DNA of 47,557 bases. It comes from Nemertoderma westbladi (lineage: Eukaryota; Animalia; Xenacoelomorpha). Of this stretch, positions 30,926-42,366 are shown piece after piece. Within the stretch, counting starts at the first letter, position 1. Each line of letters begins with the position of its first letter. The notes beneath the pieces were generated by a model, which made no database searches, was not told the origin of the DNA, and saw only the letters and a list, made by a program, of their open reading frames with translations. The position numbers and the translations under genes are program-made. The stretch is taken from assembly GCA_032718475.1 (NCBI GenBank), contig JAUCBJ010007416.1, positions 1-47,557 on the forward strand. Direction: 5' to 3'.

Positions 30926-32064
30926 ATACTGTCATAGCATTTTAATGCACAATTGTGGATTGCATGGAATGCTTATTTTGGCTCTCGTGCTGCGCGAAGG
31001 CCCCACAACGTGTTGATTATTTGAGTAACACTTTCTTTGGTTGTCAAAGTCTGAACTTTCTAGTGTTTAAGAGTTTAGTGAAACATAATAATGTTAATTA
31101 ACTAAACCAGCAAACAAATGCCCATCAGTTTGTAGTAGATAGAGAGAGTATTTAGCAATATTTGATATATCTGTAGAAAGTCGGCAACATCAAACAATAA
31201 AGTGTTGCAACTTACATTATTGTTGTACCTTTATCTCATATATGCACACATTTGTGCGCACATATTTGCAAACAATAACAACTTAACAACTTCTCAACTG
31301 TAGAAACCCATATCACATTATCTTTCTGAGACAAATGTCTGATTCACAGATAAAATTATATTAAAAAAGTAGCAAAAACTTTGATTTATCTTTATCTTTG
31401 AACAGAAGCAATGAATTACAAATCGAATTGTTTGCGCAGAACTGCAAACCATCAACAGCGAACAGTAATCATTTTAGGGGAAATTTCAGTATTTATAAAA
31501 GCTCGGTAGAAAGTCGTATATCAAAATATTTTGTTTCATGTAGTTTTTGAACTTTTTTTGAACCAGTTTAAAATAATCTAAGCAAAATTAAATATTAATT
31601 TAGTTAAATTTATATAAATAATACATGTAATAAGTTATTTTTTGTTTAAAAATTATGTTTTTAATTATGAAATTACTATTGATTTTTGCAACATTTGTTA
31701 CAGTTAGCCGTGGCCTGCGTTGCAACAGTCTCACCCCGGGTGGAAATATAGTTGACGGAGGGTGTCTAGTTTGCCTTGTAAGTGGACGTTTTCAGCACTA
31801 AAGAGTAAAAGTTATACTATAGTGTGTAAGAGTTCATGTGTTCGTTTTAATGCTACCATGGTTTAATTTAAAATTGTACCAAACTTATAGCATTTCTAGG
31901 CTGGTGCACTGAATAGGCGCTACGTAAGTGCAGTTTCCTTACAACTTGCTCCTTTTATGCTATAAAAATTATATGTTGCAAAATCGCACTCTCCGTATCA
32001 TGGAGATTCATATCAGTGGTGGTGATATTTTATTTCATTAGAAAGCTTGCTTTGCGAGGAATCT

Positions 32065-32315
32065 AAATATGTGGGGCGAGCCACGAAGTGAGTGAGCCTT
32101 AGCGTAGTGGTACCATTAATCAACCTGTCGTTCTGTCGTTCTGTCGTTCTGTCGCGTTTTTTTTCAGTATTTTATTTTAAACGTTAATAACTCGGCCAAT
32201 CCTTGATGAAATCTATCCAAACTTGGTACACATGTTGTTTGGCAAAAGTTTGAAAATTTTCCAAGTAGAATTTGCGTGGGGCCTTCGTGCAGCATCAGTG
32301 TAACTGTTATTGCAG
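32065..32315 (+). mobile_element. Helentron-associated/DINE-like non-autonomous element
   Basis: 5' cgagccacgaagtgagtgagcc hairpin, (ctgtcgtt)n microsatellite, aaacttggtacacatg core and 3' ggggccttcgtgcagca. An inverted copy of the 3' motif lies at about 30987-31005. Confidence 0.45.
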
Positions 32316-33251
32316 TTATAATAAATTTATTTATCCAAATTTAAAATGCGTTAAATTATTATTACTGTAGGATAAATCAGCTGGTTTTCTGACAAATTTT
32401 GCAATTCTGCATGTACCATGTGTACCGGTACTGTCAGGCTGTACTCAATCCCTGAATCGAGAATCCTGCTAGGGTGCATTTATAGTCAGATGCCGTCCGT
32501 CCGATCCGATCCGATCCGATGCATTTCGGCAATTATTGTAGCTACAACTGTCAGACTGCAGACTGTACAAGCCTAGCTGCTTAGGCTAGGCCTACTTCTG
32601 TTTTGCCTAACACTGAACGCAGTCTGGTTGTATGACTATTGCTGTATTGGCCTATTGCATTAGGCTATTGTATATGGCTGTATGGCATGGCAGTACTGCA
32701 GTATGCAGGTATGGCAGTACTGCAGTACACAGTATGGGATCATTCGTAGCTCTGTAGCTGACTGTGGTGTTCAGAAGGAAATCGGACGCGCGTTGGACTG
32801 TTGGATGTCCTGGAATGGAGTCTACCGACCAACTTGCAGGGTGAGGCTGTCCCTCTGCAGCTCTGATCCTGGGCGGTGGAGACTGTGCTGATGGCGGCGG
32901 AAGCGGGAAGACCGGGGCATTCTGTATCCCGATACTACAGCTGGTCCATGAAACTCTACGGTACAAACTCCGAGATGGAAAACTCGATGGGAAATCGGGG
33001 GGAAGAACTAGGCCTACGAAATTTCAGTTGAACTCATTCGATAGAGCGATAGAGGTGACCAGTTGGCCATCTCCCCGGACGGTTGCTGTGTCATGCGGGC
33101 GCGTGGCCAGACTGGAATCTCTATGTTTCGTGCGCCGAAGGTGCGCCAAGGGTCAAAAAAATCTGCGCCAGCTCAAAGTACCTGTGCGCCAACCTTAATT
33201 TTTTTTGCGCCAGCCGAAAAAATTTGCGCCGACAAAATAGTGAAAAAAGGG

Positions 33252-34944
33252 GGTCAGCCTAATCACCCAACTAGACCCAACTTTCACCCAACTACACCCA
33301 ACTTTCACCCAACTTGGCCAACTACACCCAACTTTCACCCAACTACACTCAACTTTCACCAACTACACCCAACTATACCACCCATCTACACCCAACTCTG
33401 CAAATACACCCAACTTTAACACAACAGCATCCAACTTACACCAAACTATACTGTATGGCACCTATCTTCCACAAATTACAATATGTACAGTAACAAACTC
33501 TGAACTTCTTTGAGGAATTGCTGAGATATGAACTTTTAAAAGTTGCATGTACTCGACTCGTGCTGTATTTTGCCATCACTGCCCTGCAATTATGAAAATA
33601 ACTAACTAACATTTTATTTTTATTGCAGGTTGATTCTAGAATAATTGATGAATTTAGCAATAAATATACAAAGGAGAGACACAGAGACTATTGACGAACG
33701 ATCCAGATACCTATAGATGTCTACACATACACATGAGTATTGATGGTATTGATACACAGGAGGGTCACCGTCACAGCCTTAACGACGAAATCGCATTATT
33801 GGAAACTTCTGCTGTGGGAATAGCAATGCAGATAATTCGTACAAAGTTAATGGACATAAGTTCTATATTATACAGTATGTTTAATGCAATTATAATAATG
33901 TAATTATCCTTTATGTATCATAGAATACAAGAAAAAAAACTAACATTATTTTCAGCTTCTTTATCTTAAACTTTATGGCCTTTATACTGTATTAATTAAT
34001 ACATATTAATTATTATTATACCATTAATTAATTAATAATAATTCTAAATACCGTATTGAAGCGTTATATTTCATTTATATTTTACTTGTGTATTATTGAT
34101 CGGACCCTTATTACTGTACCTCAGCTTTTTGTGACCGGACCCATAATGCTGTAACATGTCTTAAATTTCGTTTATTGTTTTGGTTAGGCCCCCACCACCA
34201 AAATTTATTGCTATTTTGGTTGCTCATTGCTGCTCATTGTTGCTCGTTATTGCTCATTATTGCTCGTTATTGCTCATTGTTGCTCGTTATTGCTCATTGT
34301 TGCTCCTTGTTGCACATTGGTGCTCGTTGTTACTCATTGTTGTTCGTTGTTGCTCGTTGCTGGTCATTGTTGCTCGTTGTGCATTTTAGCACTTACCATT
34401 ACAATCACTAAAAAGTTTTCTAAATACAAAATACAGTATGTGAGCACATCTTCCTGCATACATCAATGCCTTGGAAATCAAATTTTTCGCCATATACTAT
34501 ATTAGAACACTGTGGGGGGGGGGGGGGGGGATATAATAATTGCTTTGCAGTGCCAATGGGAGCAAAATCGCTACATGTAATTTTTAAAAGCACATACTGT
34601 ATATCAGCATCAAAAAAATATCTCAAAGAAATTCAGAGCATAGCCAGCTTCCCATCAGTGTCAGCTTCCCATCAGTACCAGTAAAGCTATAGAAAGTTAT
34701 AAGGTTGAAGAATAACTGCGCGCTGTGGGACCAGTGCAATTTCGACTTTTTAAACACTTTATAAATGCTTGTACTGTAGTTAAAGATTGTAAGCAAAAAT
34801 TACAATTCTGGCAGACCCCGTAGGATTACTGTAACTACTTATTCCCATAAAACAGTCTGTTTCCTTAAATACAAGGGGGGGGGGGGGGGGGGGTATGGCG
34901 GTAGTTGGGTGGAAGTTGGGTGTAGTTGGGTGTTTAGGCTGACC
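33252..34944. mobile_element. Nested non-autonomous TIR element with CACCCAACT subterminal repeats
   Basis: GGTCAGCCTAATCACCCAACT at left and AGTTGGGTGTTTAGGCTGACC at right. TSD is ambiguous: GGG, or a 9-bp g(a/g)aaaaagg with one mismatch. Confidence 0.75.
34218..34380. repeat. 10-bp minisatellite (ttgctc(a/g)tt(g/a))n
   Basis: Roughly 16 degenerate units; source of spurious Cys/Leu-rich ORFs. Confidence 0.85.
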
Positions 34945-35172
34945 GGGAAAAAGGTGGTGTATGATGTCTTTTTTAGTTATTTTTAATAAATGAATAATAA
35001 CAAAATGGCTACTATTAATCAATTCACTATTCAAAGTATTCATTCACAAGTAAAGTACTAGTAGTAGTATAGTATATAGTACTAAAGCTATTTAATAATA
35101 AAGAAAGTTTATTTTTCATCATCATTTAGATATGGACAGTGCCCAGTTTCTGATTTTACTCGATCCACAACT

Positions 35173-38100
35173 TTACTCACTCCTGCAGTTCCCTATAGAT
35201 GGGAGCATCCAGCCCAACTTTGCACGGCGCACTAGCGTTGCAGAGTCTTGGCCTCCATCTTTTTCGTGGGACCTGACCGAACTATAAAAACTCTCAACTA
35301 TGGCTTCTGGCCCACCCTTGGATAATGCAACATCTAACATAAGGCAAGCTTCCGGAGTTGCCTGCGTGTATATTTCCTCACAATTATAAAAAGATTCGAA
35401 AAAATTAGCCTCCAATAATCGAACAATATAATCTTTCCCATCTTTATAAGAAATCTTATAAAGTGAGTCAAATATATAGCTTTGAGAAGCCACTCCAGTG
35501 GGAATGTGAATATCTATTGAGGCAATCTCCTGGGGCAGATGAAATTCAGCTTTATGTTCACCTGTAATCTTGAACCATTTCAATAGACCTATTCCATTCT
35601 TCCATATTGCATCATGAATACAATTCTTTAAGGCGAACATATGGCGATATGCCAGATCTGGTTCCAAATCAAGGCCATTATATATTTCACAACTCCTGTT
35701 TTTAAGTAATTGCAAAATCTTCCCTGCCTCCATCACACAATGGCAGTCAAAGTTTGAAAGCCCATGTGTAAGCTTTACATTCCCTGAAGGTAAACGTGTT
35801 CCAACTATGAGATTAATCAATAGTGTAGCATCAAAGATTTTATAAACGCCAACAGCATCTTGGTTACATGAATCTACTCGCTGCGACAGAGAACTCGACA
35901 AATCTTTAGCCAACTGTTTTAGATCCTTTTCTAGATCAACTTCTTCTCTCATTGTCCATAGATATCGATCTTCATCTTCGTTGCGCTTCTGGCCCCTGTC
36001 CTCAGTAATGAGCCATCCATCCATCAACTCGACTCCTTTATAATTTCCTCCACTTTTAATGTCTTTAATGTCACCACTTAATCGACCACACACTAGCCAA
36101 CCGTTGGATGCACAATTATCCAGATGATCAATCAGGTTTGGCATCCACAAACTCAACTTCCAGAATGGTGTGGCAAGATTCTGGCACTTCTCCATTAATA
36201 ATTTGATCGGCTCAGTAATATCAATAAAAGCCAGTAAATCATACACGAAGTCAAATCCAGCAATCATGTATTGTTGTTCTTCTAACAATGAACGCCGTGG
36301 ATTCAGGAGGTCAAATGCTTTCCAATAAGATGGAAGGCTTGTAAAAATGGAAGACCATTGATAGTAACTGGAAGAAAAAAAACGCTGAGTGGCAAACGAG
36401 ACTGGTCTCCTAGCATTTGAATCAACTGCTTCAAGGAAGGCAAACCCTTTACCACGGCCTAATATGACGTGGAAAACATTGCACCTTTTGATGAATCGTT
36501 TGAAATGATATGCAGAATCAGATTTATCACGGACTTCCTGAATGGCTAAATCCAAAAGGTGGGCATGGTCCCAAGTAACAGGTAGGTCTATAGTCTTAAG
36601 ATCATCTGACACATTTATTTCAAGTAAACTATACAAAGTTTCAGCGAACATTCTAGCCTGGTATGGACCATCTGCAGCAACTCCGCAAAGTTGTTTCAAT
36701 GACTTCTCACCAACACTGCTCTTTACAGTTCTAAACAACATATCAGCACTCTGTTCGGCAGTCGATGCACTGGGTGATTCTTGATCATACACTTCAGGTG
36801 CGGCGACAGGGATAGCACATGGTTGCCCATGAAATGTGCGAGCCACAATCACTGTTGCCTGTGTTGTGGTTCTGGCGTTTGTAGCCTTATCAACAGTTGC
36901 CCAAAAGTGAGGTGGAGCCAAAGTCGATTTCAATGGAGTACTTAACCACTTCGCAGTTCTGGAATCCACAACATATTCTACAGACTTCAATAGATCACCC
37001 ATGTGCTTTCTGGAATGGCCAATGTTGCCAACTTCCGCCCCACAACTGGCAAGAAATGCGATCAGTGTTTCGAAATGTAGATCAGCTGCAAACACTTGCA
37101 CATCCGTAATGGCAGCTCTTATTATATTGCAGAATACCATAAACTCTTTGTCCAACCTTGCTTCTTTCCTTTGTTGTTCTTCTACTGCTTTTTTGTGGAA
37201 TTTAGACCCTTCTCCAATAAATGAGCAATGGTTCAGGCATGCATGTTTCTGACGATAAAATATTACATTGTGCCCAGATATTAACTTCTGAGTTTTTTCC
37301 TGAGAGAGCATTAAGCCAGTGCTAAGTGTGCCAACACTTCCTGGTGCCGAGTTTATAGCCCTTTGAGCATTAAACGCAGAAAGCTTTGATATAGAAGGTC
37401 TAGCCAGAACATGGAAATCAAAGCATGGCTTGCATCTTAGCACTCCTTCTTCCGAAAATTCATCATAAAAAAACTGAAAAATTCCACCGCTCTTTTCAAC
37501 CAAAATAAATATGTTCATGGCATTTTTAATTTCAGCGATTCGGCAAACAGATTCCTGGTTAAGCTGGGCCATGGATTGTGGCTTTATTGCCACAACCTTT
37601 TCAAATCTATCGCAAAGTTTTTTCATAAGAACATAGGTCTTTTTTGGTAAATCTTCATGTTCATCAAGATCTTCAAAACCTTCTTTTGGCTCTTCGGGTA
37701 TAGTTACAAAGTTTAGTAACGTTGCCTGTGAACGTGCTGTTGGATTGTTCGTAGTAACATCAAATTCACTAGCAGTTGCTTCGACAGCGGCACCAGCAAT
37801 AACGCTTGTACTAATACTAATAATATCTGGTTCTACATTAACAACAGTACCAGTACTATCAGTTGGTTCTGGTCCAACTTCAACAGTTGCTGCGGCAATA
37901 GCAGTGGTTGGTTCGATAGTGGCACCCTTTGGCAAATACTTAAGCTTTACATTTTTCACTTCAGTCGAAGAAGCAGGCACAATGGTTGTTTTGGAGTTGT
38001 CATTGTGCCATCGCTTTTTATGCCTGTTGATGGTGGATGGATTATTACGTGACATATAGGCGAATCGAGCATCCTTCACCTTTTTGCTAAGGTGGTAATT

Positions 38101-38397
38101 TAAACATTCCAGGCATACATATTTATCAGTTTCTGCTTCAGTAGAAAGAACAGGTGCCCCAGTTCCAGTAACTTTAATCAGTGGAGGATTGCCACGCGTC
38201 CGAGTTTCTTCACGGACTTCGACGTCGCTTATTATAGACATAGGGCTCCCTCCTGTTGACATTGTATCTTCTTGCTCCACATTATCTTCCCGAGCTGGCT
38301 GATCCGGATTCGGTACATCCACCACCTGACCTGAAGTCTTGCCAAAAAAAGAACTAATAGAGGATTGCTTGAATCTCTTACTTGGTGAATCAGCCAT
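35173..38397 (-). CDS. hAT-like DDE transposase (1074 aa; extreme C-terminus possibly frameshifted)
   Basis: N-terminal CLEC..HKKRWH zinc finger, second CKPC..H..H cluster, ATVDKAT (D1), VAADGPY (D2), WDHAHLLDL (CxxH-equivalent), TQRF and EAIVESFYS (E). Lies inside TIRs with an 8-bp TSD. Confidence 0.85.
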   Translation of the reverse strand: MADSPSKRFKQSSISSFFGKTSGQVVDVPNPDQPAREDNVEQEDTMSTGGSPMSIISDVEVREETRTRGNPPLIKVTGTGAPVLSTEAETDKYVCLECLNYHLSKKVKDARFAYMSRNNPSTINRHKKRWHNDNSKTTIVPASSTEVKNVKLKYLPKGATIEPTTAIAAATVEVGPEPTDSTGTVVNVEPDIISISTSVIAGAAVEATASEFDVTTNNPTARSQATLLNFVTIPEEPKEGFEDLDEHEDLPKKTYVLMKKLCDRFEKVVAIKPQSMAQLNQESVCRIAEIKNAMNIFILVEKSGGIFQFFYDEFSEEGVLRCKPCFDFHVLARPSISKLSAFNAQRAINSAPGSVGTLSTGLMLSQEKTQKLISGHNVIFYRQKHACLNHCSFIGEGSKFHKKAVEEQQRKEARLDKEFMVFCNIIRAAITDVQVFAADLHFETLIAFLASCGAEVGNIGHSRKHMGDLLKSVEYVVDSRTAKWLSTPLKSTLAPPHFWATVDKATNARTTTQATVIVARTFHGQPCAIPVAAPEVYDQESPSASTAEQSADMLFRTVKSSVGEKSLKQLCGVAADGPYQARMFAETLYSLLEINVSDDLKTIDLPVTWDHAHLLDLAIQEVRDKSDSAYHFKRFIKRCNVFHVILGRGKGFAFLEAVDSNARRPVSFATQRFFSSSYYQWSSIFTSLPSYWKAFDLLNPRRSLLEEQQYMIAGFDFVYDLLAFIDITEPIKLLMEKCQNLATPFWKLSLWMPNLIDHLDNCASNGWLVCGRLSGDIKDIKSGGNYKGVELMDGWLITEDRGQKRNEDEDRYLWTMREEVDLEKDLKQLAKDLSSSLSQRVDSCNQDAVGVYKIFDATLLINLIVGTRLPSGNVKLTHGLSNFDCHCVMEAGKILQLLKNRSCEIYNGLDLEPDLAYRHMFALKNCIHDAIWKNGIGLLKWFKITGEHKAEFHLPQEIASIDIHIPTGVASQSYIFDSLYKISYKDGKDYIVRLLEANFFESFYNCEEIYTQATPEACLMLDVALSKGGPEAIVESFYSSVRSHEKDGGQDSATLVRRAKLGWMLPSIGNCRSE

Positions 38398-39001
38398 TTC
38401 TAATAATCTAATAATTCACCATACAATTAATTAATATTAAATAATATTAAAACTAATAAGCAAATTTTAACAGGGAAAAAACAAAACGTTTATTAAACTT
38501 CAATATTTTAAGATCTTATATTGTAAATTAATAATATTTTATTGAGTTGACTGACTCAAACGCCACACCTCTAAGCTAATGATATGATACTCCTGTAATA
38601 TTCTTGTAAAATTGATTTCATTGGATAGTGGACAATAGAGTATAATGGTGCCCTGTATTGATTGGATGACACACAACGCATTGAGATTGAATAACACATG
38701 GAAAGCCAAAGCAGACTCGGATATTAACAACATTGCTCCGCTCACAACAGGGATGGTACTGCTAGCAGCTAGTGCTATCGTACTCCATCCAGCCTGGGCA
38801 GGCTGGGCTGGGTTCTCTAGCCATTTAGTACAGTATACATTATACAGGTATAAACAAACAGTAGAAATGCTGTTACTGAGAGGCAGCAATTTATGTGTTT
38901 AAATTTTTCCTATTCTCTATAAAAACAATATTTTTAAGTGAGCGCACTGCGCAGGCTACTCTGTTCTAATAAGTAACAATAATACAAATACATACTGTAA
39001 C

Positions 39002-40641
39002 TAGGGTTCAACAGAAGGCACTTTATGGGGCCGAACCGAACCGAACCGAAGCAGGGCCAACTTCGGGCCGAACCGAACCGAATCCGAACCGAAGTTCAGA
39101 AAGTTGGAAAGTTATGGTCATAAATTCGTATTTACGTCACTATCAGACTATACTGGCTGACTGGCAGTGGCAGACTGGTGCCTATATGGTCTGAGGACTT
39201 AGCGAGAAAGCTATGATTAATTAAAAAAATAAATACTACAAATTAAAATGGCAATATTTACATTACTGTACATTACTAACCTAAACTACTGTTTACTTAC
39301 TGTATGCATGCACTTACTGTATGCACCACATTTTCACCCGTCACGTAGTAAGCCGTTCAGTAGTGACATCAAATTTAGAAAACCTCACTAAAAGTACAGG
39401 TCTGCAGGTAGTCTTTGTAATACTATTTATATGAGGTAGTAGGTATATTTGGTATTATGTATCAAAGTTATGATTAATTAAAAAATAGGGTACTACAAAG
39501 TAAAATGGCAATATTTAGCCTAACCTAAACTACTGTATAATTAAGCTAATTTTGAAACTACCCAAGTAACGTGGAAACAATAAAAAAATAGTGCCATTTA
39601 AATGAAAGTTCAGTCCAAAATTAAGGGTGTAAACGTTAAGCAGACATTGGTGCAGATAGTGGTGCAGACACCTGGTGCGGCCAGTGGTGCAGACACTGGT
39701 GCAGCGTGCAGACAGTGGTGCAGACAATGGTGCAGACACTGGTGCAGACAGTGGTGCAAACACTGGTGCAGACCCAGACAGTGGTGCAGACACTGGTGCA
39801 GACTGCAGACACTGGTCCAGACAGTGGTGCAAGCAGACACCTGGTGAAAATACTTAAATACCAGAGTACCACAAAACACAATACTATTATATTATAGTTT
39901 ATCATATCAGTTTATACAAATATGCGAGTAACTACTGAAAGGTTCTACATGAAATAGGGAGGACGTATGTAGTACAAGTCGAGGTGCGTGCGGGTGAATG
40001 TGCCCTGATTACAAATAATTATAAGAGGTGTGTACGAAAATAATTAAGTGCAGACTGCACCGGTCTGCAAAAGGTGCCTGCACCACTGTCTGCTCCACTG
40101 CCTGCACCAGCGTCTGCACCACTGTCTGCACCAGTGTCTGCACCACTGTCTGCACCCGGGTCTGCACCACTGCCACTGCCTGCACCACTGTCTGCACCAC
40201 TGTCTGCACCAGTGTCAGCACCACTGTCTGCACCAGTGTCTGCACAACTGTCTGCACCAGGTGTCTGCACCACTGTCTGCACCACTGTCTGCACCAGTGT
40301 CTGCACCACTGTTGCACCACTGTCTGCACCAGTGCGTGCACCACTGCCTGCAGTCTGCACCAGGTGTCTGCACCACTGTATGCATCACTGTCTGCACCAC
40401 TGTCTGTTCTGCACCAGTGTCTGCTTAACGTTTACACTCCAAAATTAATTAGTACAACGATGGACAGATTGATTAGTCTTACTGTCTTCTGGTCTTAGCT
40501 CAATCAGTCAATGTAATACTTGGAATATTTAGCAAAGTCTGCTCCGGGCTTCTGCAGTATCAATTGCAGAAGCCGAACCGAACCGAAATTGCCAAACTTC
40601 GGCCCGAACCGAACCGAAGCCGAAGCTTCTGTTGAGCCCTA
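39002..40641. mobile_element. Nested hAT-type MITE
   Basis: TIR TAGGGTTCAACAGAAG / CTTCTGTTGAGCCCTA. 8-bp TSD ACTGTAAC (38994-39001 and 40642-40649). CCGAA subterminal repeats. Confidence 0.9.
39625..40439. mobile_element. Nested Mutator/foldback-like MITE with 12-bp modular arms
   Basis: TIR GGGTGTAAACGTTAAGCAGACA / TGTCTGCTTAACGTTTACACTC. 9-bp TSD CAAAATTAA (39616-39624 and 40440-40448). Arms are built of inverted (GGTGCAGACA[G/C]T)n. Confidence 0.88.
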
Positions 40642-41429
40642 ACTGTAACTGGAAATTTTAAATGTACGGTAAAGCTGGCTGTGCCTGCAATACAAGATTT
40701 TAGATGGCTATGCGCTGCGCCGACTCAAACTCAAATCGATAGTGCACGCCGGTGCAGAGATTGGCTGCCTGGCTGCGCCGACGCAGAGATTGGCTGCGCC
40801 GGCGCAGAGATTGGCTGCGTCGGCTGCGCCGACGCAGCCAATCTCTGCGCCGACCTGCGCCGCAACTTGACATCGTGCGCCGAAGTTCTTCGCCCAAAAC
40901 GCCGAAGATTCCAGTCTGGGCGCGTGGCCAGAGGAGTTGGCACGGTACCCGGACGACTAAAGGAATAGTCGGATCCGGTCGTTTCGTTACTATTCAGCTA
41001 TTACGAGGCGACGGTAAAGGACGAGGTGCGAGGGCCCATGCCGGGTTAGTTGGAGCACCGGAAGCGCGACACTCGATATCGGGACTGATAAAAATAGTTT
41101 TGGCTTCGGAGGAAACGGTAAGAAGTGTTTCGGGCGGCATTTTGACGACTATGGACAACCATATTGACTAGGCGACGTGATCGGTTATCGGATCGATCTG
41201 GATGTGGGCACAATTGGGTACCGGTACAGTAAAAACGGAAGTGATCTCGGGAAAGCTTTCGACAGTTCGAGATTCCCGCTAATTTACGCAAACTCCCGTT
41301 ATTCCTGTATTCCCGCAGTCTGTGGTCTGTCGGTATCTTTAAAGAATGCTGAAATTATGTTTATTTTCGCCGAATTTATCCGTTTATCTGCGCATCTTCT
41401 TTCCGGGTACACCATTGTATCCCGGGCGC

Positions 41430-41515
41430 CGTTTTGTACCTACAATGTACCAAGTTGTGTAACTTTTGTACCCATTGTACCAAGTTGTGTACCTTTTGTA
41501 CTTATTATGTACCAA
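41430..41515. repeat. About 33-bp tandem repeat (tgtaccaagttgtgtaccttttgtacc...) split by the EnSpm-like insertion; continues at 46632-46720
   Basis: Removing 41516-46633 restores tgtaccaagttgtgtacctttt, identical to the neighbouring unit. Confidence 0.8.
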
Positions 41516-42366
41516 CCCTATAAGCATCAACACGTCTAAAACACGTGGATACGACGTAATTATTTGACGTCAACGTGTTGAAAATGACGTCCTGGCTACG
41601 TGTATTTTGGAAGTGTCAAACACGTGTTTGAGCACGACAAACCATGACGTGCTACAGTTTACGTCAAATGACTTGCTAGACACGTGTCAATTACGTCATC
41701 AGACGTCAAATACTACACTGGAACACCACACAAGCACGTCAAATGACGTGCTAGACACGTACCAATAACAGACGTCAAATAACTACACCACACAAGCACG
41801 TCAAATGACGTGCTAGACACGTACCAATAACAGACGCCAAATAACTACACCACACAAGCACGTACGCGTCGCTTTTTACATCGCTTAGATCCGTGACAGT
41901 TATGATTGAAATTGATTTTACTTTCTTGACGGTGTTTGTTGATACTATAATAAAGAAAAAACATTATTATATAATGTAACCATTGTACGATAAATTTAAT
42001 ATCCGAATAAATTGTTAATTATCAACTAATAAACACAAATTAAAATAGCACTGATATATTTAGCACAAGTTTGATTTGGAAATGAATATAAAAAGATGGA
42101 GAGGAAATGTAAAATCAAGAGAATCAAGTAAAAATACAGTAAAAAATTCAGTAAAAATATAAAACTGTATTTATCTTATCCCTTTCCTGCTCGGATTATT
42201 TTTACTTATATAAAATTTTTTTTTGGGTAGATAAACTGAAAATGACCACATAAATGTCAAAAAATGTTATTTTTTAAATATTTGAATATTTTTAATGAAT
42301 GAGCATTAATGGGAGCAATAGTTGTGTAAAATAGTATATGACATTACAATATGACATATGACATGA

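Larger units (their letters stand above)
33107..40919 (-). mobile_element. hAT-like DNA transposon, 7.8 kb, with TIRs and TSD
   Basis: TIR CCAGACTGGAATCT (33107-33120) / AGATTCCAGTCTGG (40906-40919). TSD GCGCGTGG (33099-33106 and 40920-40927). TGCGCC subterminal repeats at both ends. Encodes a transposase. Confidence 0.9.

Noticed and set aside
33050-33063. TAGAGGTGACCAG as a hAT-Blackjack-like TIR
   Set aside because: No matching inverted partner was found in the window.
39530-40498. Multiple overlapping Cys/His- or Gln/Thr-rich ORFs
   Set aside because: They are products of the 12-bp repeat arms of the foldback MITE and are open in nearly all frames.
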